Assembly: GCA_046484135.1 (NCBI GenBank)
Contig: JAWOBU010000153.1
Location: 1-22,946, forward strand
DNA from: a bacterium
GTDB taxonomy: Bacteria; RBG-13-61-14; DATKZS01
DNA: 22,946 bases
Direction of reading: 5' to 3'
In this document: piece after piece, positions 8,692 to 16,726 of the stretch
Position numbering within the stretch: position 1 is the first letter of the stretch
Layout: every line of letters starts with the position of its first letter
Notes under the pieces: model-generated
What the model was told of the DNA's origin: nothing
The model's input: the letters and a program-made list of their open reading frames with translations, nothing else
Database searches by the model: none
Translations under genes and position numbers: made by a program

Positions 8692-8790
8692 TTATCGAAT
8701 CGCGAAGGGACAAAGGAGAATAGCAAGGGATAATAACCCTGGAGAAAAGGGAGTTGTGCATGGTGTCCCCGGAACTTATTGATTTTTCTC

Positions 8791-8819
8791 TTGACATTTC
8801 ATTTTTTCTGCTGTATATT
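8791..8819 (+). promoter_or_regulatory. Sigma70 promoter of the SCP2 gene
   Basis: Perfect TTGACA (8791-8796), 17 bp, TATATT (8814-8819); RBS AGGAGG at 8846-8851 before ATG 8857. Confidence 0.75.
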
Positions 8820-8856
8820 TAACGACCGGTAAAAACACTATTCATAGGAGGCAAAC

Positions 8857-9429
8857 ATGGCCCAGTTCAATGTACCCGAAGACGTGAAGGTCGAGGATTT
8901 TTTCGAAAACCAGGTTCCGGCCCAGTTCCCGGAACTGGCCGCGGGAGCGGACCTTTCCTCCCTTGCCGGCAAGGAGTTTCTGCTTCAGTTCGAGGTGGAC
9001 GACAGCAGGTATTGCCTGAACATCAAGGGCGGCAAGGAGGTAGAGGTCATAAAGGGCGGGGTTGACAAGCCCGCGCTTTGCATCTCGCTTACCGAGTCTG
9101 ACTGGCGCGACGCAGTCACCGGCAAGCTGGGAGAGGTCATAGACCGCTTCACCGACCCTTCCGAGCTGGCAAACGAGAACACTTTTAACGCTCTTTTGTC
9201 TACCAAGGGCAAGCTCAATGTGGAGCTCAAAAAGGAGGACGGCTCCGTTATTCCCCTCACCATGACCTTCGGAGGCGAAAGCACGCCGGAAGCATCCATC
9301 AAGCTCAGTCTCGCCGACTGGGTGGCCATGCAAAAAGGCGAAGCCAATGGCCCCAACCTGGTCATGACCGGTAAAATGGAGTTCACCGGAGACATGATGT
9401 TCCTGATGGGACTGCAGAGCCTGATGTGA
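8857..9429 (+). CDS. SCP2 sterol/lipid-binding domain protein (internally duplicated)
   Basis: SCP2 signatures LQFEV...YCLNIKGG.V...GGVDKP..ISL..SDW...TGK and the C-terminal NLVMTGKMEFTGDMMFLM; strong RBS. Confidence 0.85.
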   Translation: MAQFNVPEDVKVEDFFENQVPAQFPELAAGADLSSLAGKEFLLQFEVDDSRYCLNIKGGKEVEVIKGGVDKPALCISLTESDWRDAVTGKLGEVIDRFTDPSELANENTFNALLSTKGKLNVELKKEDGSVIPLTMTFGGESTPEASIKLSLADWVAMQKGEANGPNLVMTGKMEFTGDMMFLMGLQSLM

Positions 9430-9521
9430 ACAGAATTTTTTATATTCAGGATAGAAGCAAAAGCAAGTTTAAGCCGCGATTACCTACTAATTTATTGTCA
9501 AGCTTACATTGACGCCGAGGG

Positions 9522-9551
9522 TGCGAGCGACTTCAGTCGCGATTTCCGTCG
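9522..9551. repeat. REP-like 30-bp palindromic repeat, copy 2 (inside a larger stem 9519-9560)
   Basis: TGCGAGCGACTTCAGTCGCGATTTCCGTCG; hairpin GCGACT-TC-AGTCGC; alternative long stem GGGTGCGAGCGAC/GTCGTTCGCACCC; lies between convergent genes. Confidence 0.75.
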
Positions 9552-9661
9552 TTCGCACCCCTCATTAAGTAACTGATGAAGCACTGGGCCGCCAATCTTT
9601 TGCAAGAGGCTCAGTATGTTTATTATGAGCAACATGTGATATTACCTATTCCTCAAATTGC

Positions 9662-11266
9662 CTAATCCCTCCAACCAACCTCTCCTTGGTGCTCTTTCCA
9701 GAAGTTGCACCTTTGGCGCTGGACTCCCATGGTTTCCACTCGGGTTTGCTCATCAAAAACCATTAGCCTCCGGTTGTCCGGCCGGAACTCGGGCCAGGGG
9801 GAGAGTCCGCTTCCGTTCGGGTCTCCGGTGCGGGCGAAGTTTATGACGTAGCTTTGAATGATCTCGGAAAGCTTCCGGGCCTTGTCAATGTTAAACCTGG
9901 TGTAGAGGTAGTTGGCCGGCATCCGGTCCAGGTTTCCGAAGATAAAAGGTATCTCCATGGCGTGGGCCGCGCCCATGTATTTGCCGAAAGTAAAGTCGTC
10001 GTACTCGAACCGGTAGAAGTAGGTGTTATTCTGCCGGCGGGAGGCTTCGAGCAGCCCGAAGTAAGTGGGACAGGCCAGGGACGCGTCCGCGCCCAGCATG
10101 CGGCCGTAAGCCTCGACCGGCCGGTTGTCGAACTCGCGGAGTGGATACAAGCTCACGAGCTCTTTGACCTCGGAGTCGGAGAACCCCATCCTGCCGAGCC
10201 GGTCCTCGTACTGGCCGGGAAGCGTGTAATAGTAACGGGGAGTGAGCTTCATGGCATTCGCGAACTCGTCCCGGTTGTAGCCGGCCATAAAAGGCACCTG
10301 GTTGTAGTTCCCCTCCCGGATCATGGACAAGGGAGTGCCGGTAAGCAGGTGCCCGTCGTGATGGGGCTTGGCGTCAAACCCGCTTGCCAGGCTGCCGCCC
10401 GCCTCTTCCATCAGCTTCTTGGCGGGGACATTACGAAGGCATCCCACATCGTGATAGTCGCATCCCATCTCCGCTGCAACCTGCCGGGCCTGCTTATAAC
10501 CCTTCTCCAGGCTCTGGCTCTGTTCGCATCCGCCGCTCTCGAGAATGGCCCGGTGGAAATCCCCCTTGTTAAGAGGAGTCGCGAGCATAGTGCAAACGCT
10601 CCATCCTCCCGCGGACTCCCCGAAGATGGTGATGTTGGCCGGGTCTCCGCCGAAGTTCCCAATGTTTTCCCGGACCCATTCCAGGGCCATGACCTGGTCC
10701 AGACTGCCCTGACCGCCGGTGGCATTATGAGGGTCCTCTTTCCTAAGATCGGGATGGGCGAAAAAACCGAACACGTTGAGCCGATAGTTTATGGTTACCA
10801 CCACTACGTCGTGCTCCTGGGCCAGTCGGTCTCCCCAGTACCACGGCGTCCGGCCGGTGCCTCCCTGGTAGCCGCCTCCGTGAATCCAGAATAACACCGG
10901 AAAGCTCCCCTCCTTGCGAGGACGCCAGATATTAAGATAAAGGCAGTCCTCGCTCATGCCGTAGTTCTCGAGCTCGCCCTCCAAAGCCATGACACCCTTC
11001 TGCATGCACTGCGGGGAAAACTCGGTCGCGTCCCGCACGCCCGACCAGCCCGGATGCGGCTCGGGCGAACGCCAGCGAAGATCGCCCACCGGGGGAGCGG
11101 CAAAAGGTATGCCCCGAAAGACGCAGGAGTCCGACATCCGCTCGCCTCTCACTTTGCCGTACTCGGTATCCACCGGAGCGGAGCAATCAATCTCCGCCCG
11201 AGACCAGGCGGAAGAGGCAAAAAACGCGAGCAAAGCCGTAACCAATAAAACCGGAAAAAGCCGCAT
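9662..11266 (-). CDS. Secreted type-B carboxylesterase/lipase (COesterase, cholinesterase fold)
   Basis: Signal peptide; FRGIPFAAPPVGDLRW, SEDCLYLNIW, oxyanion WIHGGGY, INYRL, nucleophile FGESAGG, acid NRDE, catalytic His in GAAHAMEI, NFARTGDPN. Confidence 0.95.
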   Translation of the reverse strand: MRLFPVLLVTALLAFFASSAWSRAEIDCSAPVDTEYGKVRGERMSDSCVFRGIPFAAPPVGDLRWRSPEPHPGWSGVRDATEFSPQCMQKGVMALEGELENYGMSEDCLYLNIWRPRKEGSFPVLFWIHGGGYQGGTGRTPWYWGDRLAQEHDVVVVTINYRLNVFGFFAHPDLRKEDPHNATGGQGSLDQVMALEWVRENIGNFGGDPANITIFGESAGGWSVCTMLATPLNKGDFHRAILESGGCEQSQSLEKGYKQARQVAAEMGCDYHDVGCLRNVPAKKLMEEAGGSLASGFDAKPHHDGHLLTGTPLSMIREGNYNQVPFMAGYNRDEFANAMKLTPRYYYTLPGQYEDRLGRMGFSDSEVKELVSLYPLREFDNRPVEAYGRMLGADASLACPTYFGLLEASRRQNNTYFYRFEYDDFTFGKYMGAAHAMEIPFIFGNLDRMPANYLYTRFNIDKARKLSEIIQSYVINFARTGDPNGSGLSPWPEFRPDNRRLMVFDEQTRVETMGVQRQRCNFWKEHQGEVGWRD

Positions 11267-11460
11267 GGTTCCCTCCTTATTTGCCGGTCGTCAAGAGAAA
11301 ACATTTTTAGAAAGCATTACTTTTATAGCACACGTGCATACAATCCCCAAATTGCAAACCCACCAAAAGCTGATAGCATATTTTTATATTTATCGTTAAA
11401 GGAGCAAGCGCAAGACAGCGCGGTTCTTTCGCCTTGTTGGAGAAGTCAAGGAGAGATGGT

Positions 11461-12873
11461 ATGCCGAAGTCCTTTTTTCTTCCGTACCTTAAATCAGAGA
11501 AGATCCACGACGCATCGCTCCGGGTCCTGGAGGAGACGGGGGTCAAGTTACAACAGGAGGAGGCCCTGGACCTGATGCTCTCCGCCGGCGCCCGGAAAGA
11601 CTCTGAAGGCAGGGTCCTGATCCCGGCCACCATGGTGGGCGAAGCCCTGGAGAAAGGCCGGCGCAGGGGCGGACTCAAGCTTTACGACCAGGAGGGGAAA
11701 AGGCCCATCGAGCTCCGGGTAGGCAAGACCCATTACGGCCCGGGCGGGGACGCGCTTTATAACGTGGACCTCGAAACCCGCGAGAAGAGGAGGTCCGTAC
11801 TCTCCGACGTCACCAATAACGTCCGCATCGCGGACGCGCTTCCCAACTTCGACTTTATCATGTCCATGGCGTTGCCCGAGGAGCTGGACTCGGACAAGCT
11901 CTACCCTAACGTGTTCGCGGAGATGACCAAGAACACGGCCAAGCCCATCGTCGCCACCTTCGTCAGCCTGGAGGACATGAAACACATCCACAACATCGCG
12001 GCCATCGTTGCGGGCAGCAAAAAAAAGCTTTTAAAGAAGCCTTTTTACATCGCCCACCTGGACCCTATCTCTCCTCTTATCATGGATGACAACAGCGTGT
12101 CCAAGCTGCTTTTCGCAGCGGAAAACAACATACCCGTGCTCTATGCCGCGGCAGCCAACTGCGGCGGAAGCGCGCCTATTACGCCGCTGGGAGGAGTGGT
12201 TCAGGGAAGCGCCGAGTCCCTGGCCGGGCTGGTGCTGGCGACCCTGAAGAACGAGCACGTCCAGTTCATCTACGGGTCCAATACCTCTTCTATGGACATG
12301 AAGTCAACCATTGTGTGTTACGGGGACCCTACCTGGTTCCGGACCACCGCCATGTACGCGGATATGGGAAGGTTCTACAACCTGCCTTCCTGGGGAACAG
12401 CAGGCTCGAGCGACTCCTTCCAGGTAGACGCCCAGGCAGCCATGGAAGCGTATGAAGGCATATCTCTCGGCCTCATGGCAGGGACCACCATGGCCCATGA
12501 CGTGGGACTGCTCGCGCACGGCGAGCTGTACGACCCCAGGATGCTGATCCTCACCGACATGATGATAGGAAGGGCCAGACAGATACTCCGGCCCGCGGAC
12601 CTGTCCGAAGACGCCCTGGCAATACACGTGATTGACGAAGTGGCTAGAAGCGGAGACGTGTTCCTGGCCCATCCTCACACCGCCAAGAAGTTCAGGGAAG
12701 CACTCTGGCTGCCCCCCAGATACATAAACCGCAAACATATCTCTTACGACCAGGAACAACCGATTGAGGACATGCTTTTCCAGGAAGTCGTGTCAACCCT
12801 TGAATCTCACCAGCCCAGTCTCCTCTCTACTGAAAAGGAGAAAAAGGTCAACCAGTACCTCGACTCCATATAA
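11461..12873 (+). CDS. Trimethylamine methyltransferase (MttB) superfamily protein, non-pyrrolysine
   Basis: IHDASLRVLEETGV, PISPL, GGSAPITPLG..VQGSAESLAG, MDMK, YNLPSWGTAGSSDS..DAQA..E, HDVG, FLAHPHT. No in-frame TAG. Start at ATG 11461 after AAGGAG. Confidence 0.9.
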   Translation: MPKSFFLPYLKSEKIHDASLRVLEETGVKLQQEEALDLMLSAGARKDSEGRVLIPATMVGEALEKGRRRGGLKLYDQEGKRPIELRVGKTHYGPGGDALYNVDLETREKRRSVLSDVTNNVRIADALPNFDFIMSMALPEELDSDKLYPNVFAEMTKNTAKPIVATFVSLEDMKHIHNIAAIVAGSKKKLLKKPFYIAHLDPISPLIMDDNSVSKLLFAAENNIPVLYAAAANCGGSAPITPLGGVVQGSAESLAGLVLATLKNEHVQFIYGSNTSSMDMKSTIVCYGDPTWFRTTAMYADMGRFYNLPSWGTAGSSDSFQVDAQAAMEAYEGISLGLMAGTTMAHDVGLLAHGELYDPRMLILTDMMIGRARQILRPADLSEDALAIHVIDEVARSGDVFLAHPHTAKKFREALWLPPRYINRKHISYDQEQPIEDMLFQEVVSTLESHQPSLLSTEKEKKVNQYLDSI

Positions 12874-12889
12874 AACGGCTTTCACCACT

Positions 12890-14353
12890 TCAAGGGGTGA
12901 TCGCAATCTTCCTGATACCGCTACTTCCCAGCGGCTCGACCTTCAGCACCTTTTGTTTACGGTCCAGGTTATAGCTTCCCCCCGGATCGAGCTTGATCTC
13001 CGGCTCGTCTGGATACACGCGCTCCGGGAGATAGATCACCGTGGGGCGGGATATATTCCCGTCCTCCTTAAACTTGATCTCGAAGCGGCCGCTTTCGGGA
13101 TCGAAAGAAAACTCTTCCATGTCGCCCGCCACCGCGCGCGGATAGGGCCGGTCCAGGACAAACGCGGACTCCCGAATACTTCCGTCCGCGTAGATGATGT
13201 TCTTGACCCGGCCGTTCCAGAGCTTCTCGCTCGCGGATGCTTCCCATATGGTCCCGGAAAGAAACAGCTCGTCGAACACGGAGTAGAGGTCCTTCAAGTA
13301 CTTCTCTGCGTCGTCCCTTTCCATCTCGATCCCGTACTCGCCGACCAGTACGGGCACGTTCCAGGCGCGGGCCAGTCCCAAGTGTCTTTTCAGCCCGTTT
13401 TTCATCATTTCCCGGTCCCTGCCGGTAGAGAGCTCCATCTTGTAATAGCCGAGGTCATAGTAATGGGGCGCCATGGCCAGCTTATCAATGTCTGGCCTTG
13501 GCCTGTCCTCCGCCCAGGTACCCAGGTTCTCGAGCGGGCAGGTGTCTGCGAAAATGATGTAGCGGTCATCCACGTCGTGGACCTCGCGGGCCACTGACTC
13601 GTAAAGACCGAACAGCTTCTCCCGGTTCCACCACTCATATAATAGTAGGCCGACATAACCGGTCATGGGCTCGTTGATGGGCTCGAAGCCTATGACCGCG
13701 GGCTGGTCTTTGAAACGCTCGGCCAGCATCCGGAAGAACTTTACGTATTGGTCCTGGATGCCGTCCTTGTTGAACCAGAAGCGGTCCCAGGAACTGGACA
13801 CGGCAAATGTCAGGTTATTGAGCTCCCACACCGGATTGTTGGAGCAATGGGGAAGGATGCGGTAGCGGCGGGCAATGGCCCAGTCGGGAAAGCCGGAGCC
13901 GCAGAAGCGGCGATGGAACAGGTCCTGGTGGCTGTCCACGATCACCCGGATGCCGCGGCTTGCGAACTCCTCCACCATCATCTCGTAGTGCCTTAAGTAC
14001 TCCTCGTCGTAATCGCCCCGCTCCGGCTCGGCTGCCTCGTACATGATAAGAAGCCGCACCACGTTGAAACCGAGCTTGTCATACACGTCCACGTAATCTT
14101 CGAGCGCGGTCTGGAAGTCCGGCTCCGGGTCGAAAGGATAAAAAGGAGGCATCTTGCTTCGCATGCCTGCGTTGGCTCCCCGCAAGATGACCTCCCTGTC
14201 GTCCGCGTCCACGAACATCCTGCCGTCGGTCGCGAGACCCTGGTCAGGGAAAGACTCGCCGGTGTGGGCGAACAGGCAAACGCAAACAGCGAGAAGAACC
14301 AGGGAAAAGCAGTACCGATCTTTTACCTTTTCAGCAACCTTCATCATGGACAT
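12890..14353 (-). CDS. Secreted GH5 glycoside hydrolase, endoglycoceramidase-like, with C-terminal beta-sandwich
   Basis: Signal/TM segment; GREVILRG-like motif (REVILRGAN), FNVVRL, DSHQDLF, acid/base INEP, PHYY, nucleophile GEYG, and RPYPRAVAG leading into the C-terminal domain. Start could be 14353 or 14347. Confidence 0.88.
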   Translation of the reverse strand: MSMMKVAEKVKDRYCFSLVLLAVCVCLFAHTGESFPDQGLATDGRMFVDADDREVILRGANAGMRSKMPPFYPFDPEPDFQTALEDYVDVYDKLGFNVVRLLIMYEAAEPERGDYDEEYLRHYEMMVEEFASRGIRVIVDSHQDLFHRRFCGSGFPDWAIARRYRILPHCSNNPVWELNNLTFAVSSSWDRFWFNKDGIQDQYVKFFRMLAERFKDQPAVIGFEPINEPMTGYVGLLLYEWWNREKLFGLYESVAREVHDVDDRYIIFADTCPLENLGTWAEDRPRPDIDKLAMAPHYYDLGYYKMELSTGRDREMMKNGLKRHLGLARAWNVPVLVGEYGIEMERDDAEKYLKDLYSVFDELFLSGTIWEASASEKLWNGRVKNIIYADGSIRESAFVLDRPYPRAVAGDMEEFSFDPESGRFEIKFKEDGNISRPTVIYLPERVYPDEPEIKLDPGGSYNLDRKQKVLKVEPLGSSGIRKIAITP

Positions 14354-14507
14354 TCCTTCTCTCCTTATAAAATGCTATTACAAAATAAAGCTCAATCATC
14401 TCAAACCTACCACTATAGTCTGTTTTCATCAAGAGGATTCCGGGGTGGTAAAAACGGAAGCGGTGGGTTATGATAAGTAACAATGGGTCTGGAAAAAGGA
14501 GACTGGC

Positions 14508-15641
14508 ATGAAGATAACGGATTTTGAGGCCTGGCTTTGCCATTACGATCTTCCGGCGACCTTTTACCCGTCGTGGATTCCCGGTTATCCCCAGACGCGG
14601 AACACCTGTCTTATCATTATCCTGAAGACCGATGAAGGCATCGAGGGCTACAGCGCGGGCGTGGGATTCCTGGACGAGGCCAAGGGCCTGGTGTCGCTTC
14701 TGCGTCCTTTTATCATGAACCGGGACCCCTTCCAGGTGGAGGACTTCATCCGGCTTTTGCGGAGCGCTCATTTCCTGGGCTACCGGGGCTTCTTCGCGGA
14801 GATCGCTTTGTGGGACATCATCGGCAAGGCGGCCGGGCTTCCTCTTTACAAGCTGTGGGGAGGAGTAAGAGACCGGGTCCGGGCCTACGCCAGCACGGGC
14901 GAACTGCACCCGCCCGAGCAGAGATGCGACGAGGTCCTGGCGCTTCAGGAGTCCGGATTTAAAGGAGTTAAGCTGCGGGTCAAGTCAGAAAAAATGGATG
15001 ATGACATCGCGTTGATAGAGGACGTACGGGACGCAGTCGGCGACGACATGGACATCATGGTTGACGCCAACCAGGGCTGGCCCATTCACGGGTTTGCGCC
15101 CTACCCGGTGTGGACGGTAAAGCGGGCCATCGAGACCTGCCGCATCCTGGAAGACCTGGAGGTCCGGTGGATGGAAGAACCGCTTTACAAGCACGACTAC
15201 CGCGGATACGCCGCCCTGCGCGACTCGACCACCGTGCCGATCGCCGGGGGCGAGTTCAACGTTGACCTGCACGAGTTCCGGGACCTCATTGAAAACGAAT
15301 GCCTGGATATACTCCAGCCGGACGCCACCATCTCGACCGGGCTGTGGAACTGCCGCAAGGTAGCGGCAATGGCGGAAGCGTACGGGATCGAGTTCAGCCC
15401 CCATACCTGGACCAACGGGCTGGGACTGGCGGCGAACCTCCAGGTCATGGCCTCGGTCTACAACTGCCCCTACTGCGAGTTCCCGGTCGAGCCGCCCGGG
15501 TGGGTCCCGGAAGCCCGGGACTTCATGCTCACTGAGCCTTTTAAAGTGGACCAGGAAGGGTTCATAAACGTGCCGCAAAGGCCCGGCCTGGGGGTCGAGC
15601 TGGACATGGACAAAATCCGGTCGTGCGGGGAAAAGGTGTGA
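14508..15641 (+). CDS. Mandelate racemase/muconate lactonizing enzyme family protein (enolase superfamily)
   Basis: TDEGIEG, EIALWDIIGKAAGLPLYKL.GG, AYAS, KxR (VKLRV), metal ligands DAN / EEP / GE, QPD, PH, and PGLGVE. Confidence 0.93.
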   Translation: MKITDFEAWLCHYDLPATFYPSWIPGYPQTRNTCLIIILKTDEGIEGYSAGVGFLDEAKGLVSLLRPFIMNRDPFQVEDFIRLLRSAHFLGYRGFFAEIALWDIIGKAAGLPLYKLWGGVRDRVRAYASTGELHPPEQRCDEVLALQESGFKGVKLRVKSEKMDDDIALIEDVRDAVGDDMDIMVDANQGWPIHGFAPYPVWTVKRAIETCRILEDLEVRWMEEPLYKHDYRGYAALRDSTTVPIAGGEFNVDLHEFRDLIENECLDILQPDATISTGLWNCRKVAAMAEAYGIEFSPHTWTNGLGLAANLQVMASVYNCPYCEFPVEPPGWVPEARDFMLTEPFKVDQEGFINVPQRPGLGVELDMDKIRSCGEKV

Positions 15642-15765
15642 GGACCCGTGCCCCGCTGTGCCGTCGGTTCCGAAGGACCCTTTCATAAGACGAGCGGGTT
15701 CTCTCGCGACTTACGTCGTTTGCAGATGTTACATTATTTCTAATACTGTAATCGGAGGAGAGGTA

Positions 15766-16377
15766 ATGCGGACAGCTAAGATATTCGGCCTTTGCTTTTT
15801 CCTGGCCGTGGCTGCGACAGGTTGCGACCCTTACAGCGAGGGTATGAACCTTCTGGAACAGGGCAAGTACGAGGCAGCGGCGGAGTTCTTTTACCAGGCG
15901 GTGAAAGAGAACCCGGAGGACGCCCGGGCCCATCACCAGCTCGGTTACTCCTACTCCCGGCTCAAGATGTACAAGGAGGCCATCAAGCAGTATCAGAAGG
16001 CGTTGGAGCTTAAGCCGGAGTACTTCGAGGCCCGGCTGAACCTGGGCACGGTATACCTCAAGAACCGGCAGGCGAAGAAGGCGCTGGAAGAGCTGAAAAA
16101 GGCGGTAGAGCTCAAGCCGAAGAATGAAACCGCCCGTGTTAACCTGGCCTGGGCCTATTACTACAACCTGGAGCTGGACAAGGCAGCGGAGCACCGGCAA
16201 AAGGCGGTGGAGCTCTCCGGCGGCGAAAAGGAGTACGCGGACCTGAAGCAGTGGTTGGACAGCCAAAAGAAGTACGTGAAGAAGGACAAGGACGAAAAAG
16301 CCGGGGCAGAAGAAGCGGAAAAGGAGCGGGAATCGGTGGAGGCCGCCTCCGGAGCTACCGCGGAAAAGTCTCCGTAA
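15766..16377 (+). CDS. Tetratricopeptide-repeat lipoprotein
   Basis: GGAGGAGAGG RBS then ATG 15766; lipoprotein signal MRTAKIFGLCFFLAVAATG-C; about four TPR motifs (AHHQLGYSY, ARLNLGTVY, ARVNLAWAY); charged tail. Confidence 0.88.
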   Translation: MRTAKIFGLCFFLAVAATGCDPYSEGMNLLEQGKYEAAAEFFYQAVKENPEDARAHHQLGYSYSRLKMYKEAIKQYQKALELKPEYFEARLNLGTVYLKNRQAKKALEELKKAVELKPKNETARVNLAWAYYYNLELDKAAEHRQKAVELSGGEKEYADLKQWLDSQKKYVKKDKDEKAGAEEAEKERESVEAASGATAEKSP

Positions 16378-16726
16378 TGGTGCCGGGATAAAAGCGTATG
16401 TCGGGGTCGCCGGTCTGCCAGTCAATTACCAGCAGGTCCAGCCGCACGGGCAGGCCGGTAAGATTATACTTGGACACAAGCTGTCGGGTGGTCTTGCCGA
16501 GCCGGGCGAGCTTGGCGCGGGTCAGGGACTCCTCCGGAACATAAGGCGAGCCTGCGCTCCGCGATCTCACCTCGACCACGCAAAGACACTTTCCGGTTCG
16601 CCCCACAATGTCGAGCTCGCCCCTCTTGCCGCGGAAGTTCCGCTTCAGTATCTTCATGTTCTGCTTCTTCAGGTAATTACAGGCCAGGTCCTCTGCCTGG
16701 TCGCCCCGGCTCTTGCGGGAAGGCAT
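16355..16726 (-). CDS. yraN: YraN family protein (UPF0102, PD-(D/E)xK-like nuclease fold)
   Basis: G..AEDLA..YL..Q...IL.RNFR...GELDIV....L.VVEVRSR and RLDLL motifs; 123 aa. Confidence 0.9.
   Translation of the reverse strand: MPSRKSRGDQAEDLACNYLKKQNMKILKRNFRGKRGELDIVGRTGKCLCVVEVRSRSAGSPYVPEESLTRAKLARLGKTTRQLVSKYNLTGLPVRLDLLVIDWQTGDPDIRFYPGTITETFPR

Noticed and set aside
7082..8782. 566-aa + strand ORF
   Set aside because: Antisense shadow of the GC-rich UroD-family gene; no RBS, no recognisable motifs, and it runs through repeat DNA.
8375..8790. Cobalamin riboswitch upstream of the methyltransferase-like gene
   Set aside because: I could not find the B12-box or conserved core on the minus strand by eye; an Rfam/Infernal scan would settle it.
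9598..9612. TTTTGCAAGAGGCTC resembling an IS/MITE terminal inverted repeat
   Set aside because: No convincing matching opposite end, target duplication or transposase in the window.
11461..12873. Pyrrolysine recoding in mttB
   Set aside because: No in-frame TAG; the ORF is uninterrupted and ends in TAA.
15658..15765. N-terminal extension of the TPR protein
   Set aside because: The strong RBS and lipoprotein signal start at ATG 15766.
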